Made by a program: the position numbers and the translations under genes. 64,000 bases of DNA, from contig CBDFJQ010000002.1 of the NCBI GenBank assembly GCA_965248575.1, forward strand, positions 2,816,001 to 2,880,000. The letters are read 5' to 3'. This document shows, in pieces, positions 34,599-44,606 of this stretch; the first letter of the stretch is position 1, and every line of letters begins with the position of its first letter. The stretch comes from Planctomycetota bacterium (GTDB lineage Bacteria; Planctomycetota; B15-G4). The notes below the pieces were generated by a model. It searched no databases and had not been told where the DNA came from. It saw only the letters and a list, made by a program, of their open reading frames with translations.

Positions 34599-37500
34599 CG
34601 AACTGCGCGCGGCGGTGCACGCCCTGGCGTCGAGTGTTCCGGTGGCACCGCTGCTCAAGCTGGATGCCAGCCCCGGCCGCAAGACGCCCACCCGCTTGGA
34701 GATCGGCGGGGTGTGGGGGTCCTCCGCCGCTGCCATCGTGGGCAGCGCGACCACCGGGCGCGGCCGCATCCTGGCCATCACGGGCGGCGCCGACGCGGCC
34801 GAGGCCCTGACCCTCGACCTGGACATGTTGTTTCCCGGCCTGCCGGTGAATCTGCTGCCCGTGGCCGAGTCCGAATTGCAGATGGGCCCGGAGCGGCGGG
34901 CGAACCGCTCTGAACGCCTGGTGGCCTTGGCTGGTCTGCAGGAAGCCGACGACGGCGTGCTCGTCATCTCGGCGGCTTCCCTGCAGGAGAGCCTGCCCGC
35001 CCCCGACGGCGCGCGACTGACCGTCACCCGCGGCGGCACCATCGACCGCGACCGACTGCTTTCCTCTCTCACCGAGGCGGGCTTTGATCGGGTGCCCCTC
35101 GTGGCCGCCCCCGGCGAAGTGAGCGTGCGCGGCGACATCGTGGACGTCTATCCCTGGGCCGCCGCCTCCCCCGTGCGCATCGAGCTCTTCGACAACGAGG
35201 TCGAGGACCTGCGCCGCTTCGAGGTGGACACCCAGCGCTCGGTGGAGGTGCTGGACAGCATCGATGTGCGCTTGAGCAGCGGCGAGGGTGAACGCCTCGC
35301 GTTCCACGACCTCGTCCCCGCCGGCACGCTCATGCTGGTGGTGGACCCGCCCAAGGTGCGGGACCGGCTGATCGAGGTGGCTTTCGAACAAGGCGAGCCG
35401 CCTCGCATGGTGGACGACACCATGGCGCGCATCGCCCAGCGGCCCGGCGCCGACCTGCACGCACTGGACCTGGGCCGAGCGGACAGCGACCTGTCGATCC
35501 GCTCCATCGAGACCACCCATCGCCCCATCGAGCAGACCCTCGGCGCCTGGCGCGACGCGGGCTGCGAGGTGGCCGTGCTGTGCGACGGCGAAGGCGAACG
35601 GGAGCGCCTCGAAGGGACCCTGTCCGATCACCCCCTGGGGGCTGACCCCGGGCTGCGCTTCCTGGTGGGCCGCCTCGCCACGGGCTTTGCCATCCCCCAC
35701 GGCGGCCCGGTGCTGGTGCACCACCACGAGCTCATCGGTCGCAGGGCAGTGCGCCGGGGGCGACCTCGGCGGGTCGTCGCGACCCGAGCCCTCGACTCCC
35801 TCGCCGAGCTGACTCCTGGTGACTACGTCGTGCATTTGTTGCACGGCGTCGCCCTCTACCGGGGCATGCAACGTCTGACTCGCGAGCAGGGCGAGGAGGA
35901 CTTCCTGCTGCTGGAGTTCGCCGAAGACACCAAGCTCTTCGTGCCGGCCTCACGCATCGACCTCGTGGAGCGCTTCATCGGCGGCGACGCCAAGGGCCCC
36001 AAGCTGGACCGCATCGGCGGCAAGACCTGGGCCCGCAAGAAGGACAAGGTGCGCGCTGCGGTGATGGATCTAGCCGCCGAACTGCTGTCCATGCAGGCAG
36101 CTCGGCGCGGCAACGACGGCATCAGTTTTCCGGCCGACGACCCCATGGTCTCGCGCTTCGAGCACACCTTTGCCTACGAAGACACCCCCGATCAGGCCAC
36201 GGCCTGGCGGGACGTGCGCGAAGACATGGGCAAGTTGCGCCCCATGGATCGCCTGGTGGTGGGCGATGTGGGCTTCGGCAAGACCGAGATCGCCGTGCGC
36301 GCGGCCTACCTGGCGGTGCTCGCCGGGCGACAGGCCGCCGTCCTGGTGCCTACGACGATCCTGGCCGAGCAGCACTTCGAGACCTTCGAGCACCGCATGT
36401 CCGAGGAGCCTGTGCGGGTGGAAGTGCTGTCGCGCCTCAAGAAGCCCTCCGAGGTGAAGACCATCCTCAAGGACGCCTCCGAAGGCAAGGTGGACATCCT
36501 GATCGGCACCCACCGCCTACTGGCCAAAGACGTGAAATTCCTCGACCTGGGTCTGGTGATCGTCGACGAAGAGCACCGCTTCGGCGTGGTGCACAAGGAG
36601 CGACTCAAGGCTCTGCGCGCCAAGGTGGATGTGGTGACTCTTTCCGCGACACCCATCCCGCGCACCCTGCACATGGCCATGAGCGGGCTGCGGGACATCT
36701 CCAAGATCTCCACGCCGCCACCTGGCCGCCGGCCGGTGATCACCCGCGTCACCTATGAGTCTGACGCGACCATGCAGGACGCCATGCGCCACGAGCTCAA
36801 TCGCGGTGGCCAGGTCTTCGTGCTGCACAACCGCGTGCAGTCCATCGGCCGCATGCTGGAGAAGATCCGCAGCCTCGTGCCCCGGGCCCGCACCGACTAC
36901 GCCCACGGCCAGATGCCCGTGAAGGACCTGCGTCGGGTGGTGGACACCTTTGCCAATGGCAAGCTCGACGTGTTGGTGTGCACGACCATCATCGAGAGCG
37001 GCATCGACATCCCGCGCGCCAACACCATCATCATCACCGATGCCCATCGCTTCGGCCTGGCGGACATGCATCAGTTGCGCGGCCGGGTGGGGCGCGAGAG
37101 CACCCAGGCCTACGCATTCTTCCTGGTGCCCCGGGAGAAGTTCGCGGACAAGGCGGAGCGCCGGCTGAAGGCCATCGAGGAGTTCAGCAGCCTCGACGCC
37201 GGCCTGCCCATCGCCCTGCGCGACCTCGAGTTGCGCGGTGCGGGCAACCTCTTGGGCGCCGAGCAATCGGGCCACATCATGTCCGTGGGTTACGACATGT
37301 ACTGCCGCCTGCTGCGCTCGGCGGTGGCCCAGAGCAAGGGCAAGCCGGCGGAGGACGAGCCGGGCGAGGTGGAGGTCGATCTCGGTCTGTCCGCCTTCCT
37401 ACCCAACGAGTACATCCCCGACGAACCCATGCGCATGTCGGTCCTGCGCCGACTCGCCATGTCGGGCAAGAAGAAGGCCCAGGCCATCGAGGCCGAGCTC

Positions 37501-37836
37501 ACGGACCGCTTCGGCCCGCTCCCAGAGCCCGCCCGAGAGCTGCTGGACCTGTTCCAGCTGCGCCGTTACGTACGGCTCGCAGGCATCGGGTCCCTGGCGG
37601 CAGACGGGCTGGGGGGCATGTTGATCCAGGTCACGGACAGCGAGGCCTTCGAAGACCGACACCCGTTCCACCCCGATCAGCTCTACCTGATCACGCCCAC
37701 GCAGCTGCGGGTCCCGTGGCCCACCCGCGTCACAACACCGGCATCCCGGCTTCGCTATCTTCTCAAGCTCTTCAGCGCCGCCCCTGAGAAGGGACGCAGC
37801 GGAAACCAGAAAGCCCAGCCCAGCAAGCGGCGTTGA
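34582..37836 (+). CDS. mfd: Transcription-repair coupling factor Mfd
   Basis: GDYVVHLLHGV, GDVGFGKTE, DEEHRFGV, SATPIPRTL, QLRGRVGR, DLELRGAGNLLG. Confidence 0.97.
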   Translation: MPKSPDELRAAVHALASSVPVAPLLKLDASPGRKTPTRLEIGGVWGSSAAAIVGSATTGRGRILAITGGADAAEALTLDLDMLFPGLPVNLLPVAESELQMGPERRANRSERLVALAGLQEADDGVLVISAASLQESLPAPDGARLTVTRGGTIDRDRLLSSLTEAGFDRVPLVAAPGEVSVRGDIVDVYPWAAASPVRIELFDNEVEDLRRFEVDTQRSVEVLDSIDVRLSSGEGERLAFHDLVPAGTLMLVVDPPKVRDRLIEVAFEQGEPPRMVDDTMARIAQRPGADLHALDLGRADSDLSIRSIETTHRPIEQTLGAWRDAGCEVAVLCDGEGERERLEGTLSDHPLGADPGLRFLVGRLATGFAIPHGGPVLVHHHELIGRRAVRRGRPRRVVATRALDSLAELTPGDYVVHLLHGVALYRGMQRLTREQGEEDFLLLEFAEDTKLFVPASRIDLVERFIGGDAKGPKLDRIGGKTWARKKDKVRAAVMDLAAELLSMQAARRGNDGISFPADDPMVSRFEHTFAYEDTPDQATAWRDVREDMGKLRPMDRLVVGDVGFGKTEIAVRAAYLAVLAGRQAAVLVPTTILAEQHFETFEHRMSEEPVRVEVLSRLKKPSEVKTILKDASEGKVDILIGTHRLLAKDVKFLDLGLVIVDEEHRFGVVHKERLKALRAKVDVVTLSATPIPRTLHMAMSGLRDISKISTPPPGRRPVITRVTYESDATMQDAMRHELNRGGQVFVLHNRVQSIGRMLEKIRSLVPRARTDYAHGQMPVKDLRRVVDTFANGKLDVLVCTTIIESGIDIPRANTIIITDAHRFGLADMHQLRGRVGRESTQAYAFFLVPREKFADKAERRLKAIEEFSSLDAGLPIALRDLELRGAGNLLGAEQSGHIMSVGYDMYCRLLRSAVAQSKGKPAEDEPGEVEVDLGLSAFLPNEYIPDEPMRMSVLRRLAMSGKKKAQAIEAELTDRFGPLPEPARELLDLFQLRRYVRLAGIGSLAADGLGGMLIQVTDSEAFEDRHPFHPDQLYLITPTQLRVPWPTRVTTPASRLRYLLKLFSAAPEKGRSGNQKAQPSKRR

Positions 37837-38900
37837 TGCGCCGCCTCCTGCATCACGAGACCCCAAGCATGTTGCTTCTTCCAACCGCCGTGCAAACCTT
37901 GGTTCTTCTGATGATCGTTGCGGCAACGATCACGGCACCGGTCTCGGCGATGGCTCAGCAGGACGCAGGCCCACCGGCCCCCGCCGACTTCGGTGACACG
38001 GATCCGGCGCATCCTTCCCAGCGGGTCGTGGCGTCCGTGGCCGGTGAACCCATCACCAGTTCCGACGTGGCCTACTCGATGTTGGTCCTCACCCGGGGGC
38101 AAGCGGCGGACCCCTCCCTCGAAGCCAGCATCGTGCGACGCATGGCCCAGGAGATCCTGCTCGCCACCGAAGCCGATCGTCTCGGGCTGAAGCTGTCCCC
38201 ATCGCAGGTGGATGAGTTCTGGCTCAGCTGGTTCGGCTTCACCCCCGACTACGAGGAGAGCGCGGCCACAGCCGGCACCACCGTCAGTCGGCAACGCGCC
38301 CTGGCCAAGCGCACGGTGATCTCGGAGCTGTACGTCTACAACCGCGTGGGCCTGATGAACTCCCCCGGTGCGCGCATCGACCCCGACCTGGCCCTGAAGC
38401 ACCTGGTCGACGTCACGCCCCAGCAGTTGCGTGAGTACTTCCGCAGCTTCCGCAAGGAGCTGGATCGCCCCGCCACGGTGTCCTTCGCCGCCTACCCCGC
38501 CCCGAACGCCGAGGCCGCGGAGCAGATCCAGGACGCGCTGCGCAATCAACGCACCCCTGTCGGGCCGGCACCCATCCGCCAGGAGGTCCCGCTCGAGGCC
38601 CTCGATGAGGTCTTCGTCTACGTGCCCCAGCTGGCGGAATTCGTGCGCAACAGCGAAGCCGGAGCTGTCTCCGAGCCGGTGCCCACCGAGGGCGAGGATG
38701 GCCCCATCGTGGTGGTGGTGAATGTCACCGGTCGCAAGGCCGCCCAGCCGGCCGTCTTCGGCGAGATCCAGGACGAGCTTCGCAATCGGCTCCAGTCCAA
38801 CCTTCTGGTCCAAGCCAAGGAGGAGATCGTTCGCGGCCTTGCCCGGGAGTCGGTCTACTACCCGCCGAACCTCTTCGATGAGCCGGCTCGGGATCGCTAG
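37836..38900 (+). CDS. SurA/PpiC-like periplasmic chaperone domain protein
   Basis: Signal peptide; RVVASVAGEPITSSDV (SurA N-terminal-like), GAVSEPV; TGATG overlap with mfd. Confidence 0.65.
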   Translation: MRRLLHHETPSMLLLPTAVQTLVLLMIVAATITAPVSAMAQQDAGPPAPADFGDTDPAHPSQRVVASVAGEPITSSDVAYSMLVLTRGQAADPSLEASIVRRMAQEILLATEADRLGLKLSPSQVDEFWLSWFGFTPDYEESAATAGTTVSRQRALAKRTVISELYVYNRVGLMNSPGARIDPDLALKHLVDVTPQQLREYFRSFRKELDRPATVSFAAYPAPNAEAAEQIQDALRNQRTPVGPAPIRQEVPLEALDEVFVYVPQLAEFVRNSEAGAVSEPVPTEGEDGPIVVVVNVTGRKAAQPAVFGEIQDELRNRLQSNLLVQAKEEIVRGLARESVYYPPNLFDEPARDR

Positions 38901-39127
38901 AGCCTTGCCCCGCAGGCCCAACGGGCTCGGAAAGCGGGTCGTAGCCCCCGCCGAGCTAGCCTGAGAACGGGCTGCTGGAGCGGGCAGCGGGCTTCAAATC
39001 CCAGCTTTCCTGGTCCAGGAACGGCAAGCCCTGGTTGCCAGCGTGGCCCATGCCGCTAGAATCGGCCGCTTCCATTAGTGCCCGGGGAAACCTCGACCCG
39101 GGCAGCACCTTGGCGGAGACGCCCCCT

Positions 39128-40684
39128 GTGGCCGACCAAAAATACCCGGATCTCGTGACCCAGAAGCCCCATGGCGTTGGCCTGGAGCCCGAGCACAGCT
39201 TCGAAGATGCTCTCCGGGATCTCGTGCGCAACTCGCCCTACCTGGGCATCTCCCTGCTCCTACATGCCGTGGTGCTGGTCATCATGTTCAGCATGAAGAG
39301 CCCGGTGGTGGTGGAAGACCCCAACCGCAAGATCGTGGCCACGGCCGAGGACATCGAGGAGCCCATCCCGCCGGAGCCTCCGGAGGAAGAGCCGGAGCCG
39401 GAGGAGATCGAGGAGGTCATCGAGGAGCCGGTGGTGGCCGAAGAGGTGGTCACCCAGGTGGATGAGATCATCGACAACATCACGAGCGACCTGCCCTTCG
39501 ACAACACCGGCAAGAACGATGTGCTGGGTGTGGGCGGCGGTGCCGGCGGTGGCTTCGGCCGCCGCGGCAAGGCGGGTCAGCGCGGCAAGGTGGCCGGCAA
39601 GCCCTATGTGGCTGCCGTGGAAGACGCCCTCATCTGGCTGAAGAACCACCAGAACCCCGACGGCTACTGGGCCTCCAACGAGTTCGACCTCGAGTGCGGC
39701 AAGTTGGGCAACGATGGGCCTTGCACCGGCCTCGGCTTCAACCGCCATGACGTGGGTGTCTCCGGCCTGGCACTGTTGGCGTTCCTCGGGGCGGACAATA
39801 CCGACACCCGCGGGCGCCACAAGGAGACGGTCAAGAATGGTCTGAAGTACCTGCTCACCATCCAGGACCGACAGACCGGAAACTTCGCGGATCCCCTGCA
39901 CCTCGAACACAGCTACGACCACATGCTAGCGACGCTTGCTGTGGTGGAGGCCTTCGCGCTCACGGGCAAGTTCAAATACAAGAAGGCTGCGCAGAAGGGG
40001 CTCGACTACATGTACGAGCTGCGCAACCCCGGCGCGGCTTGGCGTTACGCCGACCCATCCGACCCGCAGATGATCGCGTACCCCAACGACACCTCGGCAA
40101 CGGGTTGGGCCATCATGGCCATGACCATGGCCAAGGACTACGACCTCAACATCGACACGGTCGCTCTCGACGATGCCTACGACTTCATCGACGAAGTCAC
40201 GGACAGCAACGGGCGCACCGGTTACTTCGATCAGGGTGGCGGCAGCTCGCGCCTGCCCGGCCTCGACGTCACCTTCCCAGTGACAGAGTCCGAAGCCATG
40301 ACGGCCGTGGCCGTACTCTGCCGCATCTTCGCCGACCCGAACTTCGAGCGGGCGGGCAACGAAGTCATGGTCGACAAGGGCATCGCCCTGATGCAGAAGC
40401 TGCCCATCGAGTGGAGCGACGCCAACCCCGGTCGCCGGGACTTCTACTACTGGTACTACGCGACCTATTCCATGTACCAGGTGGGTGGCCGCGACTGGAA
40501 CACCTGGCAGGAAGGCATCAAGGACATCGCCGACCACCAGATCGGGAACGGCGAGATGAAGGGTTCCTGGGACCCGCAGGTGGATCCCTGGGGCGCCGCT
40601 GGTGGGCGCGTCTACAGCACGGCCATCCTGGCTCTGCTGATGGAAGTGTACTACCGCTACGACACCGTCATCGGGTCGCACTAG
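39128..40684 (+). CDS. Membrane-anchored prenyltransferase/squalene-oxidase repeat protein (paralog 1)
   Basis: TM SLLLHAVVL, acidic Pro linker, WLKNHQNPDGYW, GLALLAFLG, YYWYYAT, GSWDP, GGRVYSTA; GTG 39128 with GGAG. Confidence 0.85.
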   Translation: MADQKYPDLVTQKPHGVGLEPEHSFEDALRDLVRNSPYLGISLLLHAVVLVIMFSMKSPVVVEDPNRKIVATAEDIEEPIPPEPPEEEPEPEEIEEVIEEPVVAEEVVTQVDEIIDNITSDLPFDNTGKNDVLGVGGGAGGGFGRRGKAGQRGKVAGKPYVAAVEDALIWLKNHQNPDGYWASNEFDLECGKLGNDGPCTGLGFNRHDVGVSGLALLAFLGADNTDTRGRHKETVKNGLKYLLTIQDRQTGNFADPLHLEHSYDHMLATLAVVEAFALTGKFKYKKAAQKGLDYMYELRNPGAAWRYADPSDPQMIAYPNDTSATGWAIMAMTMAKDYDLNIDTVALDDAYDFIDEVTDSNGRTGYFDQGGGSSRLPGLDVTFPVTESEAMTAVAVLCRIFADPNFERAGNEVMVDKGIALMQKLPIEWSDANPGRRDFYYWYYATYSMYQVGGRDWNTWQEGIKDIADHQIGNGEMKGSWDPQVDPWGAAGGRVYSTAILALLMEVYYRYDTVIGSH

Positions 40685-40789
40685 ACGCAACGAGACGTAC
40701 CTTGGCGCGTCCAAGTCATCGGTCCCCGGTGACTCTGCCTCACGGACCTCCTAGAGCAGGGCACAGCCCCGTTCTCAGGAGGTCCTTCC

Positions 40790-42334
40790 GTGAGTGCCGC
40801 GCACCCTGAACTGATCGTCGTCCCGAGGTCCGGCCCGCCCTCCTTCGAGGAGAGCCTGCGCGCAACGGTTCGTGATGCGCCCTACCTGGGCATCGCCCTG
40901 CTGGTGCACCTGGCGGTGCTGTTCGTGTTCATGAACATGACGCAGGTGATCCCGCTGCCGGTGGAGGCGCCCATCATCACGGCCAGCCCCGAGAGCGTGG
41001 CGCCCCCCATCGCACCGCCGACCGTGGACCTGACGAAGGTCGTCGAGGACGTGCCACCCACGATCGAAAGCCCGACGGTGACAGAGGTCACCGACACCAG
41101 CGTGACGGACCTGCCGGATTCACTGGCCGACAGCGACGCCTCCGCCGACATGTTCACTGCTGATGCGAGCGGCGTCCTCGGGGTCGGGATTGGTCGCACG
41201 GGGTCCGGCACCCCTGGGATTCGAGGCATCCCGGGCGGCCGCTCCAACGCCGGCACCCCCACCGAGGAAGCCGTCGACGATGCGCTGCGCTGGCTCAAGC
41301 ACCACCAGAACCGCGACGGATACTGGTCGGCTGAGGCCTTCGATGACGAGTGCGGCAAGCAGGGCAACGATGGTGCGTGCGACGGCCGCGGCAACCCGCG
41401 CTTCGACGTGGGAGTCACCGGCCTCTCGCTGCTGGCGTTCCTGGGCGCCGGCAACACGGACCGCTACGGTGCCTACCAGGCGACCGTCTACGAAGGCATC
41501 CGCTTCCTGCTCGACATCCAGGACGCCGACGGCAGCTTCGCACCTCCCGGCAGCACCCAGGGCACCTATGACCACGTCATCGCCAGCCTCGCCCTGTGCG
41601 AGAACTACCTCTACAGCCCGGCCTCCTTTCGCCTGAAGAAGCCGGCCCAGAAGGCGATGAACGCCCTCTACGCCATGCGCACCCCGGGCTCCGGTTGGCG
41701 CTACATGCCCGACCACAACGAGATGGCGATCCCCTCCCGTACGGCGGACACCTCCGTCACGGGCTGGGCGATCCTCGCCATGTCCACTGCCCGCAAGGCC
41801 GGCCTCTACGTGGATCAGGACTCCTGGGACGACTCCCTGGCCTTCCTCGACGAGATGACCGACAGCAGCACGGGGCGCACCGGCTACATCGAGCACGGAG
41901 GAGCCGTGGCCCGGGAGGCGCAGACCGCCGTGGCCTGGCCCGCCGAGCAGAGCGAAGCCATGACGGCGGTGGCGGTGCTCTGCCGCATCTTCGCCGACCC
42001 CGACTTGGAGGACGCCCACAACCGCGAGATGGTGGACAAGGGCGCCGAGCTGCTGGCCGCCATGCCCCCTGTCTGGGATGACAACGAAGCCGGCCGCCGC
42101 GACTACTACTATTGGTACTACGGCGCCTACGCCATGTACCAGCTCGGCGGGCAGAACTGGCGCCTGTGGGAACGGGCGCTGCTCAAGAGCGTGCTGCCCG
42201 AGCAGCACCGCGAGGGCGAACGCAAGGGCAGCTGGGACCCGCAGCACGACCCCTGGGGCCACGCGGGCGGCCGGGTCTACACCACGGCCATCAACACGCT
42301 GACCCTTGAGGTGTACTACCGCTACGCACGCTGA
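40790..42334 (+). CDS. Membrane-anchored prenyltransferase/squalene-oxidase repeat protein (paralog 2)
   Basis: Same architecture and shared blocks (SEAMTAVAVLCRIFADP, LEVYYRY); AGGAGG SD. Confidence 0.85.
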   Translation: MSAAHPELIVVPRSGPPSFEESLRATVRDAPYLGIALLVHLAVLFVFMNMTQVIPLPVEAPIITASPESVAPPIAPPTVDLTKVVEDVPPTIESPTVTEVTDTSVTDLPDSLADSDASADMFTADASGVLGVGIGRTGSGTPGIRGIPGGRSNAGTPTEEAVDDALRWLKHHQNRDGYWSAEAFDDECGKQGNDGACDGRGNPRFDVGVTGLSLLAFLGAGNTDRYGAYQATVYEGIRFLLDIQDADGSFAPPGSTQGTYDHVIASLALCENYLYSPASFRLKKPAQKAMNALYAMRTPGSGWRYMPDHNEMAIPSRTADTSVTGWAILAMSTARKAGLYVDQDSWDDSLAFLDEMTDSSTGRTGYIEHGGAVAREAQTAVAWPAEQSEAMTAVAVLCRIFADPDLEDAHNREMVDKGAELLAAMPPVWDDNEAGRRDYYYWYYGAYAMYQLGGQNWRLWERALLKSVLPEQHREGERKGSWDPQHDPWGHAGGRVYTTAINTLTLEVYYRYAR

Positions 42335-42347
42335 CGGGCACCGGCCG

Positions 42348-43454
42348 CTAGTCCATGCCCTCGACGGAACCGCCCGAGGGCTTCGGGTTCGGGGTCTCGA
42401 CTTTCTGGCCGAGGCGGCCCAGATCCCCTGTGGCCGCTGGGGACGGAACGACGGTCTCGACTGCTGAGGGCGTTCCCGACTTGCGCCTAACGCCCTGGCC
42501 CGGGCTTCGGCGCAGGGCATCATCGAACACCCGTTGAGCGACAGAACACAGGCGCCGCAACACATCGCTGCGCACGACACGCATCTCCGCGCTGTCCTGG
42601 AAACCACGCATCGAGGCGACAGGCTTCGTGTCCCGGTACTCCTCCACGAGGTTGGCGAACTCGATGTCGCGGGTGCAATCCTCGAGCACGCTCACCAGGC
42701 CCTCTTCGATCCAGCTCGCCCGCTCCACCTCACTCTGCAGCAGGTTGAAGGTGCACTGCACGAAGCGCGCACGATCCACCGCCACCTTCTCGAGGATGTC
42801 CGTCAGATGGCCGGCGGTGCTGTCGTAGGTCGGGAGCGAGCAGTAGAGGTCTTGCAGCTCAAGAATCAGCTCGTTGCTCAGTTTCTCGGAGAGCTCAGGC
42901 CGTTCCAACTCATAGGTCGCGCCCTCCCGGGCGTCGGGGTCGCGCACCTGAAGCATGAGCCATTGGATGGTGGCGTCCGTGCGCTCGATCTCGGACTCGA
43001 GCTTCCCGATGGCCTGGAACAAGCGCACCCGGGAGCGGAGCGTCCCGAGCCGACTCGGGCTCATGTTGGCCAGATCGATGGCGCTCTGCAGGCGGAAGCC
43101 CGCGTTGTGCGGCAGGCCCTGGATGAGACGCCCCGAGCCCACCTCGACGCGCTCCAGGAAGAACATCCAGGGCCCCTTCCGCCTGGGCTCAGCTCCGGGC
43201 CCCCACCAATCCAACACCCGCACGCTCTTGGGCACGTTCGTCTTGATCTCAACACCTTGCCACGCGTCATCGATCTTCAAGGAAGCGACGACGGAAGTGG
43301 GAAGCATGACGGCTTGCTCCTCCTTCACCGAATCCACTCGGCCCACCAGCACCACATCTGCGGACTCGAGATTCGAGCGCAGCATGAAGTAGGGATCCCC
43401 GCCAGGCACGACGGTGCCCAGCATGAGAACGCCGGCGATCAGCAACGAGATCAA
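42348..43454 (-). CDS. Secreted hypothetical protein
   Basis: Hydrophobic N-terminus; ADVVLVGRV motif; 368-aa ORF filling the gap between genes. Confidence 0.6.
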   Translation of the reverse strand: MISLLIAGVLMLGTVVPGGDPYFMLRSNLESADVVLVGRVDSVKEEQAVMLPTSVVASLKIDDAWQGVEIKTNVPKSVRVLDWWGPGAEPRRKGPWMFFLERVEVGSGRLIQGLPHNAGFRLQSAIDLANMSPSRLGTLRSRVRLFQAIGKLESEIERTDATIQWLMLQVRDPDAREGATYELERPELSEKLSNELILELQDLYCSLPTYDSTAGHLTDILEKVAVDRARFVQCTFNLLQSEVERASWIEEGLVSVLEDCTRDIEFANLVEEYRDTKPVASMRGFQDSAEMRVVRSDVLRRLCSVAQRVFDDALRRSPGQGVRRKSGTPSAVETVVPSPAATGDLGRLGQKVETPNPKPSGGSVEGMD

Positions 43455-43559
43455 GACGCGTGAGGCCTCCGGAGGGGACGGAGCACGGCAAGGCGTCCGG
43501 AGTCGAAGAGCATCGACTCACAGAGAGGAGAAGAGGGGCCGCCCGGCCGGGCCTTGATC

Positions 43560-44168
43560 CTACGCTGGAGGCAGCGATCCCGCAGGCCCCAAGCCAGACT
43601 CCCGCAGAAAACCCTCCAAGACGGCGCCGCCGTGCTCGGTGAGGATTGACTCAGGATGGAACTGGAGGCCGAAGCGCGGCAGTTCGCGATGCCGGACACC
43701 CATCACCAGGGCGTCCCCCTGCCCATCGTCGGTCCAGGCCGTGAGGCGCAAGCAGCGGGGTAGATCCGCCCGTCGCGCCCTCAGGGAGTGATATCGCCCC
43801 GCCTTGAAGGGGTTGGGGATCCCGTCGAAGGAGGAGTCCTCGTGATGGACGGGGGACGCTTTGCCATGAGCGGGAAGGGGATCCTGCTCGAGGGCCCCGC
43901 CGTAGTGCTCCACCAGCGCCTGATGCCCGAGGCAGACACCCAGGAGCGGCAATTCTTCGGGCAGCCTGCGCAGCAACTCGGGGCAGATGCCCGACGCTCG
44001 CGGATGCCCCGGGCCCGGCCCCAAGACCACGGCCTCGGGGGAGCACTGCAGCACATCCTCAACACTCAACGCGTCATTGCGCTGAACGTCCACGTCCCGA
44101 CCCAACATCGAGAGGGCCTGGAACAGATTCCAAGTGAAGGAATCGTAGTTGTCCACGAGCAGGATCAT
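43560..44168 (-). CDS. trpG: Anthranilate/aminodeoxychorismate synthase component II (glutamine amidotransferase)
   Basis: LLVDNYDSFT, GPGPG, LGVCLGHQ, RYHSL, GLQFHPES. Confidence 0.93.
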   Translation of the reverse strand: MILLVDNYDSFTWNLFQALSMLGRDVDVQRNDALSVEDVLQCSPEAVVLGPGPGHPRASGICPELLRRLPEELPLLGVCLGHQALVEHYGGALEQDPLPAHGKASPVHHEDSSFDGIPNPFKAGRYHSLRARRADLPRCLRLTAWTDDGQGDALVMGVRHRELPRFGLQFHPESILTEHGGAVLEGFLRESGLGPAGSLPPA

Positions 44169-44243
44169 GCCGCGACCTCGACACCGCGCGAACGCGGTCG
44201 CCTAGCCCGAGAACTGGCCTGACACGGACGGGCCCGCGCGACT

Positions 44244-44528
44244 TCAGGCGTTCTTTGCAGCCGCCTGACGGGCCACCAGGGCCTTGCGCCGTGCCGCCGT
44301 GTTGGCGTGCAGGATGTTGGCCTTCGCGGCCTTGTCGATGCGCTTGTAAGCATGGCTCACGGCGGCTTCGAGGGCCTTGTCGGCACCGTCTTCACCGGCG
44401 CCGGCTGCCGTCGCGGCTGTCTGCACGCGACGCATGGCCGTCCTCACGGCGGACGACTTGGTCCGGTTGAGCAGGCGCTTCTTCGCGTCCTGGCGCACAC
44501 GCTTCTTGGCGGACTTGCTGTTGGGCAT
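44244..44528 (-). CDS. rpsT: 30S ribosomal protein S20
   Basis: MPNSKSAKKRVRQ...IDKAAK...HANTAARRK. Confidence 0.97.
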   Translation of the reverse strand: MPNSKSAKKRVRQDAKKRLLNRTKSSAVRTAMRRVQTAATAAGAGEDGADKALEAAVSHAYKRIDKAAKANILHANTAARRKALVARQAAAKNA

Positions 44529-44606
44529 CAGAGTGGTCCGGGGCCTGGGGCCGCCGGGTCCTATTCAGTTCGGCTCGTTTGTACGGTCAATCCAGTACGT
44601 TCACAG

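Noticed and set aside
33282..35138. 618-aa minus-strand ORF and similar long antisense ORFs across the window
   Set aside because: Antisense shadows typical of high-GC DNA, lying opposite well-supported genes (dgt-rnc, mfd and others).
39128..42334. Squalene-hopene cyclase / terpene cluster
   Set aside because: No DxDD catalytic motif, a single barrel with a TM anchor, and no isoprenoid genes nearby.
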